32,000 nt of DNA, taken from contig JBBIRR010000026.1 of the NCBI GenBank assembly GCA_037441705.1, forward strand, positions 28,029 to 60,028, in the 5' to 3' direction. Origin of the DNA: Ignavibacteriales bacterium (GTDB taxonomy: Bacteria; Bacteroidota; Ignavibacteria; UBA10030; UBA6906). Of the stretch, positions 1 through 8,530 are shown one piece after another. Position 1 is the first letter of the stretch. Every line of letters starts with the position of its first letter. The notes under the pieces are model-generated. The model was not told where the DNA came from, made no database searches, and saw nothing but the letters and a program-made list of their open reading frames with translations. A program made the position numbers and the translations under genes.

Positions 1-1127
1 AACTCCGGCACGCTCCAACTCAGCCCGCGGTCGGTCGAGTACGAGATCACGATATCGGAGCGGTCCTGGCCGTTGAAGAAATCCCGTTCATCCTTCCACA
101 TACACCACAGGACGTTGCGAACAGGATCGTACCGATTGCCCTCGTTCAGATGCGAGCGGATGGTACCTCCGGCTTCCGAGAGTTGCTGCTCGGTGCTCCA
201 TGATGCACCGAGATTGTCACTCCAGCGATACCGGATATTGGCTCCCCAGAAGGGATTGCCCGCAGGGTATTGATGATAGAAGAGATGAATGCGATTCTGT
301 GTATCAATCACGATGTCGGGATCGCTCTCGTAATGCACGGAGGCAGCGACCTGCTGCGGTGCCCGCCATGAGACGCCTCCATCGGTGCTCACACTCATCA
401 GCACATCCCATTTGTTTTGTGGAACGGCCGAGCTATCGCGCCAGGCGATTGCAAGCGTATCACCATTGGCCACATCAAACTGACCACGCGGGAATGCCGA
501 ATGCCTTCCGTCGAGGTCGCTGAGGCGAATGGGCGCGCTCCACGTCAACCCTCCGTTGGTCGAGCGACACGTAAAGCTCTCCACAATCTCCCCTGCTTCC
601 ATATTTCCTTCATGCCATATCACGTGCAAGCGATTCCTCCCATCCACCGTCAGATGCGTGGAGGCAAACGTCGGGTAGAGCGTCGGGGATGCAACGCGGA
701 TCGTATCCGACCGGAGCGTGAGCGATGTGTCGTAGCGAACAAGATACAGCGCGGCGGGATTGCGCGAGGAGAACAGCACGAAAAGATTATCGGCAGCATC
801 CATGGCGAGTTTCGGGCTTGACCCTCCTACCACCAAAGTCATCGGCGTGATCGGAACCGGTGAGTGCCAGTTCGTTGCGCTATCCAAAAAGGTGAGATAG
901 TTTCCGATCGTTACCTGTGTCGTCGGATCCGCTTCTACCGTCGCAACAAAGACCCTTCCCCGTGACGATACCGCCATGTTGTTGAAGAGGACTCCCCGTT
1001 GGGACGCGCCGGGATTGACCAACGGCAGCGGAATCTCGGGTCCCCAGAGCGGACCTACCCCGTGTTGAGCAAAACCGACGCATGTGCAGAGGATCAGCAC
1101 GATCGCAGTGTGAACAAGGAATGCCAT
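1..1127 (-). CDS. BNR/Asp-box repeat (sialidase-fold-like) secreted protein; 3' end runs off the left edge
   Basis: This ORF is absent from the ORF track because it has no stop in the window. My minus-strand translation from the ATG at 1127..1125 stays open to position 1 (375 codons). It begins MAFLVHTAIVLILCTCVGFAQ, a signal-peptide-like N-terminus. It contains four Asp-box motifs of the form S-x-D/N-x-G-x-T/S-W: STNGGLTWS, STDGGVSWR, SDNLGASWS and STDRGLSWS. Confidence 0.75.
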   Translation of the reverse strand, partial: MAFLVHTAIVLILCTCVGFAQHGVGPLWGPEIPLPLVNPGASQRGVLFNNMAVSSRGRVFVATVEADPTTQVTIGNYLTFLDSATNWHSPVPITPMTLVVGGSSPKLAMDAADNLFVLFSSRNPAALYLVRYDTSLTLRSDTIRVASPTLYPTFASTHLTVDGRNRLHVIWHEGNMEAGEIVESFTCRSTNGGLTWSAPIRLSDLDGRHSAFPRGQFDVANGDTLAIAWRDSSAVPQNKWDVLMSVSTDGGVSWRAPQQVAASVHYESDPDIVIDTQNRIHLFYHQYPAGNPFWGANIRYRWSDNLGASWSTEQQLSEAGGTIRSHLNEGNRYDPVRNVLWCMWKDERDFFNGQDRSDIVISYSTDRGLSWSVPE

Positions 1128-1209
1128 ACTACCCCCGAAGAATGTGAGAATGAACGAGTGAAAACATTTTCTCACATTCGACAGCAAAACCTTCTGCAGG
1201 TTTAATGCG

Positions 1210-2250
1210 TCAGTACCCTTCCGGGTGCAGCTTGACTTTTCCTCTGAACGAGTAAAACAGATAGGTAAAATACCCCAGGGCGATCACAATGCCGATGGTC
1301 CACCAAACAATCCCGACGCCGAGTCCGTACTCGCCGGCCGCCGTGTTGTACACAGTGAGATTGAACTTTGGATCGGTGGAGGCCGGAAGGACATTCGGAA
1401 AGAGTCCGAACGCCGTGCTTGCGAGCATCGCTCCGATGAACGTAGAGGAGGAAAGAAAGGCTTTGGTATCGTCCTTGGTGCGACGGAAGACGAACATTCC
1501 GCCCAAGCCCAGAAGTGCAAGCAGCGGGAGGCAGTAGCCCCACGGATGTTCGGCGTAGTTGTTCCAGATTTCGGGGCGGATCGAGGATGCCGCAACCAGT
1601 GTCACAATGGTAAGCACGAGTACGCCCCAAACGGCAAGCGCCGCAACACGTCGGGATCGCTCCTGCACGGCGCCGTTCGTTTTCATGGCAAGATAGTTGG
1701 CACCGTGTACCTTCAGCGTTGCCGCAGCAACCAGCCCCATGAGTACGGTGAACCAGTCGAGTATGCCGGCTTCCGGCTGAACCGTGAAGGACGTCCATAG
1801 CGGCGCAAAGAAGTAGCCGTCGGCGTTGAGCGGCACACCGCGCACAACGTTGCCCAAAGCCGCGCCGAGAAAGATCGCCAGCAAACTGCTGCCGACGCAG
1901 AACGTGGTGTCCCAGAACGCCTTCCACAACGGATGGTCAACGTGATGGCGCAATTCGATGCCGAGTCCGCGCAGCATCAACAGCCACAGGACAATCACCA
2001 ACGGCAGATAGAACCCGCTGAACGAGGAAGCATACAGGAGCGGAAACGCAAAGTAGAGCGTCCCGCCTGCTGCGAGCAGCCATACTTCGTTGCCATCCCA
2101 CACCGGGCCGATGGCGCTCAACACCGTGCGGCGTTCCTCTTCAGTGCGTGCAACATACAAATGCAAAATGCCGGCTCCGAGATCGAACCCGTCGAGGATT
2201 GTGTACATCGCCAGCATGAATGCAACAACACAGAACCAGAGAATTTCCAT
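1210..2250 (-). CDS. cydB: cytochrome bd ubiquinol oxidase subunit II
   Basis: The N-terminus MEILWFCVVAFMLAMYTILDGFDLGAGILHL is typical of CydB. The protein is polytopic and lies downstream of cydA. I placed the start at the ATG at 2250, which has GGAG 5 nt upstream, rather than the track start at 2328, whose extra 26 residues look non-coding. Confidence 0.93.
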   Translation of the reverse strand: MEILWFCVVAFMLAMYTILDGFDLGAGILHLYVARTEEERRTVLSAIGPVWDGNEVWLLAAGGTLYFAFPLLYASSFSGFYLPLVIVLWLLMLRGLGIELRHHVDHPLWKAFWDTTFCVGSSLLAIFLGAALGNVVRGVPLNADGYFFAPLWTSFTVQPEAGILDWFTVLMGLVAAATLKVHGANYLAMKTNGAVQERSRRVAALAVWGVLVLTIVTLVAASSIRPEIWNNYAEHPWGYCLPLLALLGLGGMFVFRRTKDDTKAFLSSSTFIGAMLASTAFGLFPNVLPASTDPKFNLTVYNTAAGEYGLGVGIVWWTIGIVIALGYFTYLFYSFRGKVKLHPEGY

Positions 2251-2361
2251 AGTGACTCCATTCCGTGAAAAGTGAATACAACGAACCGTGCAAATCACAA
2301 TCGGATGCCGGAGATACGCGGCCGGCACTTAGCGCTCAAGCCGCCTGATGACCCCAACTCC

Positions 2362-2396
2362 TGCATCCTCCATCCAGCATCCTGAACCTTGAACCT
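2362..2396. repeat. array of five tandem heptamers in the cydA-cydB spacer
   Basis: On the plus strand the units read TGCATCC TCCATCC AGCATCC TGAACCT TGAACCT. The array is inverted relative to the array at 3853..3887. Confidence 0.85.
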
Positions 2397-2403
2397 GCCC
2401 CCT

Positions 2404-3735
2404 TCAATGCTTCCCTGCGACTTCTGGTCCCGCATTGATCGTCTTAATGACCAGAAACAGGAACAGGACACCGATAACGAAGTACATCCCCGCGAAGCCC
2501 AGCAGAGTGAACAGCGTGTTGCCCGCCGAGACCATCGTCGAAGTTCCGTCCCGCATCTTCATCAGTCCGTACACCAACCACGGCTGACGACCGAGTTCTG
2601 CTGTCCACCATCCGGCGGTGTTAGCAATGTACGGAAACGGAAACGCAAGCATCAGTACCCAGAGAAACGGGCGCACGTTGTAGAGGCGCTGCTTGCGGAG
2701 CAGGTACAGTCCCACAAGCATAATGGCGATAAAGAACGTTCCGAGTCCCACCATCACGTGATAGCTGTAGTACAGCAGCGGGATATTGGTCGGCCACGTG
2801 TCTTCGGGATACGCATCGAGGCCCTTCACCACTGCACCGAAATGTTGATAGGTGAGAAAGCTGAGCATGCGCGGAACATGGAGAGGATTGTCGAGCTTGC
2901 GTTTTTCCATATCGGGCTGGCCGATGAGAACAAGCGGCGCGCCTTCCTGCGTCTTGAACAACCCCTCCATCGCCGAGAACGTGACCGGCTGATGCTCGAG
3001 AACGTTCTTCACCTGTCCATCTCCTGTGGGAAAGGCAACAAGGATCGACGCGATGACACCAGCAATCACACCGGTGCGGACGAACAGCTTGCCGTACTCC
3101 TCGTCGCGATGCGCGAGCAGATAGTACGCACCGACCGCCGCAACGACGAACGCAGCGGTAACAACCGAACCGAGCATGTTGTGCGTGTACTGCCAGAGAA
3201 TCCAGGGATTGAGAAGCAGTCCCCAGAAACTTGTCAGCCCAACGCTGCCATCGGGCTGCATTGCGTACGCAACCGGATGCTGCATCCACGCATTCGTCGC
3301 GATGATGAGGTAGCCTGAAACCCACGACCCGAGGAACACCATGAACGCAGCGAAGAAGTGCATTTTAGGACTGAGACGTTTCTCGCCGAACAAGAACAGT
3401 CCGAGAAAACTGGACTCGAGAAAGAAGGCGAAGACACCTTCCATGGCGAGAGTCTGACCGATAACGCCGCCGGCAAACGCCGAGAACCGCGCCCAGTTGG
3501 TGCCGAATTGGAACTCCATCGGGATACCGGTGACGACGCCGACCGCGAAGTTGACGGCGAAGATTTTTGCCCAGAAGCGGGCGGCATTGTTGTAGAATTC
3601 GCTTCCGGTTTTCAGAGCAATCCCCTTCATGATCACGATGAGAAGGCCGAGTCCCATCGTGAGTTGAGGGAAGAGATAATGATACGTAATCGTGAAAGCG
3701 AATTGAAGTCGGTGAAGGAGGAGAGCGTCTTCCAT
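2404..3735 (-). CDS. cydA: cytochrome bd ubiquinol oxidase subunit I (short Q-loop type, 443 aa)
   Basis: The N-terminus MEDALLLHRLQFAFTITYHYLFPQLTMGLGLLIV is typical of CydA. The protein is polytopic and is followed by cydB. Confidence 0.95.
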   Translation of the reverse strand: MEDALLLHRLQFAFTITYHYLFPQLTMGLGLLIVIMKGIALKTGSEFYNNAARFWAKIFAVNFAVGVVTGIPMEFQFGTNWARFSAFAGGVIGQTLAMEGVFAFFLESSFLGLFLFGEKRLSPKMHFFAAFMVFLGSWVSGYLIIATNAWMQHPVAYAMQPDGSVGLTSFWGLLLNPWILWQYTHNMLGSVVTAAFVVAAVGAYYLLAHRDEEYGKLFVRTGVIAGVIASILVAFPTGDGQVKNVLEHQPVTFSAMEGLFKTQEGAPLVLIGQPDMEKRKLDNPLHVPRMLSFLTYQHFGAVVKGLDAYPEDTWPTNIPLLYYSYHVMVGLGTFFIAIMLVGLYLLRKQRLYNVRPFLWVLMLAFPFPYIANTAGWWTAELGRQPWLVYGLMKMRDGTSTMVSAGNTLFTLLGFAGMYFVIGVLFLFLVIKTINAGPEVAGKH

Positions 3736-3852
3736 TGTGGAATATCCTTTCAGTGCTTAGAGGTGGAAACGGCGATCGGTGAACATTGAAGATCGAGTGC
3801 CGACCACTGAAAAGGTACGAAAATGGCTGATGTGTCGGAAGAGGTCATCACT

Positions 3853-3887
3853 GGATTCTGGATTCTGGATGCTGGATGCAGGATTCG
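3853..3887. repeat. array of five tandem heptamers upstream of cydA
   Basis: The units GGATTCT GGATTCT GGATGCT GGATGCA GGATTCG sit in perfect 7-nt register, 118-152 nt upstream of the cydA start. Confidence 0.9.
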
Positions 3888-3908
3888 AGATGAGAGGGCT
3901 TTACTTCG

Positions 3909-4014
3909 TCATGCTGAGCGTTGCTTTCCTAACGCGAAAGCATCCGGAACGGAGGCGCGAGTGGTTGATTCCTATTCTGGATTCTTCGCCTCTAAGAAGC
4001 GAGGCTCAGAATGA
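3909..4014. repeat. palindromic intergenic element of about 106 nt
   Basis: The arms TCATGCTGAGC (3909..3919) and GCTCAGAATGA (4004..4014) are complementary at 10 of 11 positions. An inner 7-bp hairpin pairs TGCTTTC (3922..3928) with GAAAGCA (3936..3942). No credible ORF lies here; track ORF 3779..4117 simply reads through the repeats. Confidence 0.6.
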
Positions 4015-4102
4015 TAATCAACGTTTGGACGTCACGGCTTCTGGGCACACAAAAAATGAACAGCAGGACGTAAAGCTTTTCTTCGCCTCCCCACCAACAA
4101 CA

Positions 4103-4130
4103 AAGCCCCGCCGATGACTCGACGGGGCTT
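4103..4130 (-). terminator. putative intrinsic terminator of the tricorn-like protease gene
   Basis: An 8-bp GC-rich stem pairs AAGCCCCG with CGGGGCTT around a 12-nt loop, 23 nt downstream of the stop at 4153. On the minus strand it is followed by TGTTGTTGG, which is only a modest T-tract. Confidence 0.5.
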
Positions 4131-4152
4131 GGTGCATGACGCAGATGCGCGC

Positions 4153-7100
4153 TTACTTGCTCTTGTCCGGCCACGGCGGAGGCGGAGCGAGCTTCACCGG
4201 CTTCTTCGCCAACTCTTCCTTCACTACTTCAATCGCTTTGTTGAGCTGATCGTCGATTCCTTCAAACTCCCGCGCAGGATCGTTGTCAACATAAATATCC
4301 GGCTCGACGCCTTTCCCCTCCATCACCCACTCCTTACCCTCAACGTCGTACCGCGAGAACTCGGGCCTGTTCAGAAACCCACCGTCAAGCAGCGGCAGCG
4401 TGCCGCGAATACCGACCACGCCACCCCACGTCCGCTTGCCGATGAGTTTTCCGAGCCCGTATTTCCTGAAGCGATAGCCGACAATATCGCCGTCGCTGGC
4501 GGAGAACTCGTCAATCAGCAGCACCTTCGGGCCAAGGATTGCCGTTGCCGGATCGGGTGTCGGAACCGTGTTGCGTGCGATGCTGATGAGCGCAATCTCG
4601 CGGCGCAGTCGTTCGATGATCATCGGCGACACGTTGCCGCCGCCGTTGCCGCGTACGTCCACAATCATCGCGTCCTTGCGCGCTTGCGGATAGAAGTATT
4701 TGGCAAACTCGTTCAATCCGCCGACGCCCATGTCGGGAATGTGCACGTAGCCGACTTTCCCGTCGGTTGCCTTCGAGACTTTTTCGATGTTGCCCTGCAC
4801 CCAGTTGTAGTAGTAAAGCGGACGCTCATCGGCGATCGGGACGACAACCGTTGTGCGGCTTCCGGACTCCTGCGGCCTGTCGTTGAGTTTCAGCGTCACC
4901 TGCTTGCCCGCTTTGCCGACAAGCGCTTCGTAGATATCCTGCATCGTGTTCGTCGGTTTGCCGTCCACCGCGATGATGTAGTCTCCCTCTTTCGCGTCAA
5001 CGCCGATCTCGGTGAGAGGTGAGCGCAGCGACTTGTCCCAGTTCTGTCCTTTCAGGATTTTGGCAATGCGGTAGTACTTGGTTGCTGCATCGCGCTCTAT
5101 CTTTGCACCGAGGAGACCCAGCTCGATCCGTTCCGGCTTCGGGAAATCTCCGCCGCCAACGTACGCGTGGCCAATGTTCAACTCGCCGATCATCTCGCCG
5201 ATGACATACGTCAGATCGGCGCGGTGGTTGACGTAGGGAAGAAGCTGTCCGTAGCGCTCGCGCATGGCGGGCCAGTTCACGCCGTGCAGGTGCGGGTCGT
5301 ACAGGAAGTCCCGCATCTGCCGCCAGCACTCGTTGAAGATCTGATTCCATTCGGCGCGCCGATCGAGCTGCACCTTCATATCGCTCAGATTCAACCTCTC
5401 CTTCACCTCGATCTTGCCCGTCGGCAGATCAATGATGGAGTATGACCCTTCGCTGCCGACGATCATTTTCTTGCCGTCGGCAGAGATTTCGAATCCGTTG
5501 AATTCTCCCAGCTCGGTCTCCTTCTGCTTGTCAAGATCGTACAGCACAAGCATCGGCTTTTCCTGCTTCCTGCTTGTGCGGATGTAGTACAGCTTGTCGC
5601 CGACGGATTGGAGATTTCTGTAGTTCGCTGCGGCGATGGGCAATGCTGTGACGCGACGCTGGAGACCTTCAACATCAACCTTCACCGTCACTTTTTTCTC
5701 TTCTTTCTTCTCCTCCTTCTTCTCCGGTTCCTTCTTCTCGGTTTTTGTTTCCGGCTTCTCCTCCTTGATCTTCACCTCGTCCGATTTGGGTGCGAACGGC
5801 GATTTCACGTCCTTCGCGAGCGTGACGAGATAAATCCCTGCCATGTCCGCGTAGATGTGATTCCACTCCGTGCTGCCGTAGATGGGATTGAAGTTCCGCT
5901 CGGAAACATAGAACAGGTACTTGCCGTCCGAACTGAACGCCGGCTGATAGGAATCCGACCACCCGTCCGTCACCGGATACGCTTTGCCTGCATCAACGGA
6001 GTAGAGATACACCGTCGTCATCTGTTTGTCTTCGGGCTGCGCGTAGGCAATCCACTTGCTGTCGGGTGACCAGGTGTAGTCGGAGTATTCCCACGCGGTT
6101 GCCTGAGCAACGAGTGTCACCTTCTTCGATCCGATGTCAACAAATTGCAGGCGGAGCTTCTTGTCAGCCCAGAGCAGTTTCTTGCTGTCGGGCGACCAGG
6201 AAGGCTGGTACTTGTAGGTATCGGCGCCCTTGGTGAGTTGCGTTGCCGGACCGCTGCCATCCTGCGGCGCAATGTAAATCTCGTCCTCGCCGGTGACATC
6301 GGAAACATAGGCTATCCACTTGCCGTCGGGCGACCATTTGGAATTCCGCTCGTGCACGCCGGAACTTGCCGTGATGTTGCGCGTCGGTCCGTTCTTGGCG
6401 GGGACGGTGAACACGTCGCCGCGCGCGCCGAACAGCGCACGACTGCCGTCGGGCGCAATCTCGAAGTTCGTCACCTCTTTGCTCACGTCACGCCATCCGC
6501 CGCGGCCGATATCAAAATCTTCTTGAATAGAGATGGAAACTTTCTCGGTTTTCTCGGTTGCGAGGTCGAGCTTGTAAATGTAGCCGCCGTTCTCGAACAC
6601 GATAGCGTTGTCGCCTAACGAGGGCCACTTCACATCGAACTCGGTGAAGTTGGTGAGTTTCTTCGTTTGCCTGGTGGAGAGGTCGTACACAAACAGGTTC
6701 ATCGTGTGGTCGCGGTCGGATGCGAAGTAGATTTTGCTACCATGCCACATGGGGATGATGTCCTGCGCGGGATTGTTTGTAACGTTCTCCACTTTCTTTG
6801 TTTCGAAATCATAGATCCAGATATCGTCCGCCTGTCCGCCGCGATAATGTTTCCACGTTCGGAACTCGCGGAAGACACGATTGTACGCCATCTTCTTTTT
6901 GTCGGGAGAGAAGGAACAGAAGCCGCCGCGCGGCACGGGAAGTTGCTCGGGAATTCCCCCATCAACGAACGCGTAGAAGAGCTGCCCGATGAAGTCGTTC
7001 CTTTCGATTCGCCGCGAACGGAACACGATCGTTCTGTCGTCCTTCCACGTCATCACAATGTTGTTGGGACCCATGCGGTCGGAGACATCGTCACGGCCGA

Positions 7101-7419
7101 GTGTTGCCGTGTACGTCAGGCGCCGCGGCACGCCGCCGTCGGCCGGCATCAGATAGACTTCCGTGTTGCCGTCGTACTGGCCGGTGAACGCGATCCATTT
7201 GCCGTCGGGCGAGAAGCGCGCAAACATTTCATACCCGATGTCGTTGGTGATTTTGCGGGCAACGCCGCCGGTGGCAGCAACCGCATACAAATCTCCCGCA
7301 TACGTGAAGACGATCTGGTTTCCATGAATTGCCGGGAAGCGCAGGAGCCGCGCTTCCTGTGAGACCGCGAAGCTGTACAGCGTTATCAACGTCAGAATAC
7401 TTCCAAGGATACGAGACAT
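4153..7419 (-). CDS. tricorn protease homolog (beta-propeller + PDZ + S41 C-terminal peptidase), 1088 aa
   Basis: The protein starts with a signal peptide, MSRILGSILTLITLYSFAVSQE. The following segment, LLRFPAIHGNQIVFTYAGDLYAVAATGGVARKITNDIGYEMFARFSPDGKWIAFTGQYDGNTEVYLMPADGG, is characteristic of tricorn homologs. Repeated SPDGK/SPDSK propeller blades follow. The size and the C-terminal S41-like region (SASDGDIV) also fit. Confidence 0.88.
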   Translation of the reverse strand: MSRILGSILTLITLYSFAVSQEARLLRFPAIHGNQIVFTYAGDLYAVAATGGVARKITNDIGYEMFARFSPDGKWIAFTGQYDGNTEVYLMPADGGVPRRLTYTATLGRDDVSDRMGPNNIVMTWKDDRTIVFRSRRIERNDFIGQLFYAFVDGGIPEQLPVPRGGFCSFSPDKKKMAYNRVFREFRTWKHYRGGQADDIWIYDFETKKVENVTNNPAQDIIPMWHGSKIYFASDRDHTMNLFVYDLSTRQTKKLTNFTEFDVKWPSLGDNAIVFENGGYIYKLDLATEKTEKVSISIQEDFDIGRGGWRDVSKEVTNFEIAPDGSRALFGARGDVFTVPAKNGPTRNITASSGVHERNSKWSPDGKWIAYVSDVTGEDEIYIAPQDGSGPATQLTKGADTYKYQPSWSPDSKKLLWADKKLRLQFVDIGSKKVTLVAQATAWEYSDYTWSPDSKWIAYAQPEDKQMTTVYLYSVDAGKAYPVTDGWSDSYQPAFSSDGKYLFYVSERNFNPIYGSTEWNHIYADMAGIYLVTLAKDVKSPFAPKSDEVKIKEEKPETKTEKKEPEKKEEKKEEKKVTVKVDVEGLQRRVTALPIAAANYRNLQSVGDKLYYIRTSRKQEKPMLVLYDLDKQKETELGEFNGFEISADGKKMIVGSEGSYSIIDLPTGKIEVKERLNLSDMKVQLDRRAEWNQIFNECWRQMRDFLYDPHLHGVNWPAMRERYGQLLPYVNHRADLTYVIGEMIGELNIGHAYVGGGDFPKPERIELGLLGAKIERDAATKYYRIAKILKGQNWDKSLRSPLTEIGVDAKEGDYIIAVDGKPTNTMQDIYEALVGKAGKQVTLKLNDRPQESGSRTTVVVPIADERPLYYYNWVQGNIEKVSKATDGKVGYVHIPDMGVGGLNEFAKYFYPQARKDAMIVDVRGNGGGNVSPMIIERLRREIALISIARNTVPTPDPATAILGPKVLLIDEFSASDGDIVGYRFRKYGLGKLIGKRTWGGVVGIRGTLPLLDGGFLNRPEFSRYDVEGKEWVMEGKGVEPDIYVDNDPAREFEGIDDQLNKAIEVVKEELAKKPVKLAPPPPWPDKSK

Positions 7420-7556
7420 GGTGATCCTTTCTGAATGTCTGGATGATTGGAGGGATTGGGTGATCTAACTTACTGAGAATTCGTCCAAGTTACAAAGGCT
7501 GGTGGTCATTGTAACGAGCCGAGCAGGTGTTTTGTTTCGCCTCGGCGGCGTCGTTG

Positions 7557-8504
7557 TTACGGCGCTTTGCTCGACGATGAGTCCAGAATCCCCATCGTCA
7601 ACAACTCCTGCTGAATCGTTCGGATAATCCGGGCGGTGAGTTCCGGATTGCGCGGATGGACATGCATCGATTCCAGCCAGATAATCTTCTTCGGCTCTCC
7701 GGCGTTGCGGTAGAGAAGTTCCGCGTTTGCGCGAGGGATTTGCTCGTCCGCCGTGCCGTTGATCATCACAAGAGGAATTGGCGAGATGTATTCGACAGAG
7801 CGGAGCGGCTCCAACGGGCGAAGCAGGAGTTCTCCCATCCATCCGACCATCTCGCTCACGACGGCGCCGCGATACCGGCGGACGTTATGCCGAATCAGAC
7901 TGCGAAGGTCGCCGCCGCCATAGACGACAAACGCTGCGACTGCGCGTCGGTCATAGCGGATGATGGTCGGAACGAACGGCGCCCCGAAGCTGTAGCCGAC
8001 GAGAACGAGTTTCGTCGTGTCCACATCCGGACGCGTGAAGAGATAGTCCGTCAACAGCATAACGGCCGGAACCATATCCAACAACGCGCGTCGAATCTCT
8101 GGTACGTCCCACAGCAACTGCGGCAGAGTGTACTCCGGCTTCGGCGTGTAGCCGTAGTCGGGCGCGGCAAGAATCACATCGTTGATGTCGAGCGCGAAAT
8201 CCACCGCGTCCTTTCCCGTCGCCTTTCCGCCCAACACAATGATGGCCGGATAGCGCCCGGCCTGACGTCGAGGAACCAACAGACCGCAGTCCACCGTGAA
8301 GGCGTTTTCGTTGCGAAGCGTGAGCCAGAACTTCTCGCACTTGTCCGTCCCTCCCGCAGGCACGAGCTCGGCGCGAGAGAGGACACCACGCCGCGATTGA
8401 AACTCCTGCCCGTAGTCCTTTAGAGAGAGATGAGCGAGATGAAACAACCCAATGCACAAAGCAACGCCTCCAAGCGTCAGTCCGTTCTTGATCGCTGCTC
8501 TCAT
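7557..8504 (-). CDS. alpha/beta hydrolase family protein with N-terminal membrane anchor
   Basis: A nucleophile-elbow motif GYSFG lies within VLVGYSFGAPF. The N-terminal hydrophobic segment is LTLGGVALCIGLFHLAHL. The C-terminal region DEQIP...H is typical of dienelactone-hydrolase/prolyl-oligopeptidase-like folds. Confidence 0.7.
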   Translation of the reverse strand: MRAAIKNGLTLGGVALCIGLFHLAHLSLKDYGQEFQSRRGVLSRAELVPAGGTDKCEKFWLTLRNENAFTVDCGLLVPRRQAGRYPAIIVLGGKATGKDAVDFALDINDVILAAPDYGYTPKPEYTLPQLLWDVPEIRRALLDMVPAVMLLTDYLFTRPDVDTTKLVLVGYSFGAPFVPTIIRYDRRAVAAFVVYGGGDLRSLIRHNVRRYRGAVVSEMVGWMGELLLRPLEPLRSVEYISPIPLVMINGTADEQIPRANAELLYRNAGEPKKIIWLESMHVHPRNPELTARIIRTIQQELLTMGILDSSSSKAP

Positions 8505-8530
8505 CCCTCACCGTTGTACTCGCCGACGAA

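Noticed and set aside
2251-2328. N-terminal extensions offered by the ORF track for cydB, and likewise 9659..9790, 20527..20619, 29059..29127 and 30619..30756
   Set aside because: In each case an internal ATG gives the family-typical N-terminus or signal peptide and has a better Shine-Dalgarno site. The extensions have implausible composition.
2389-3318. 309-aa plus-strand ORF, and the 234-aa minus-strand off-frame ORF, within cydA
   Set aside because: Both overlap the CydA reading frame, which has the characteristic N-terminus and membrane topology. The alternatives are Arg-rich nonsense.
3779-4117. 112-aa and 63-aa plus-strand ORFs in the cyd upstream gap
   Set aside because: They translate the heptamer array and the palindromic element (WILDAGF..., RSEAQNDN). 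This is repeat read-through rather than a gene.
4114-5022. 302-aa plus-strand ORF, and other plus-strand ORFs up to 7362, within the tricorn-like gene
   Set aside because: All are antisense to a continuous 1088-aa ORF with clear family features.
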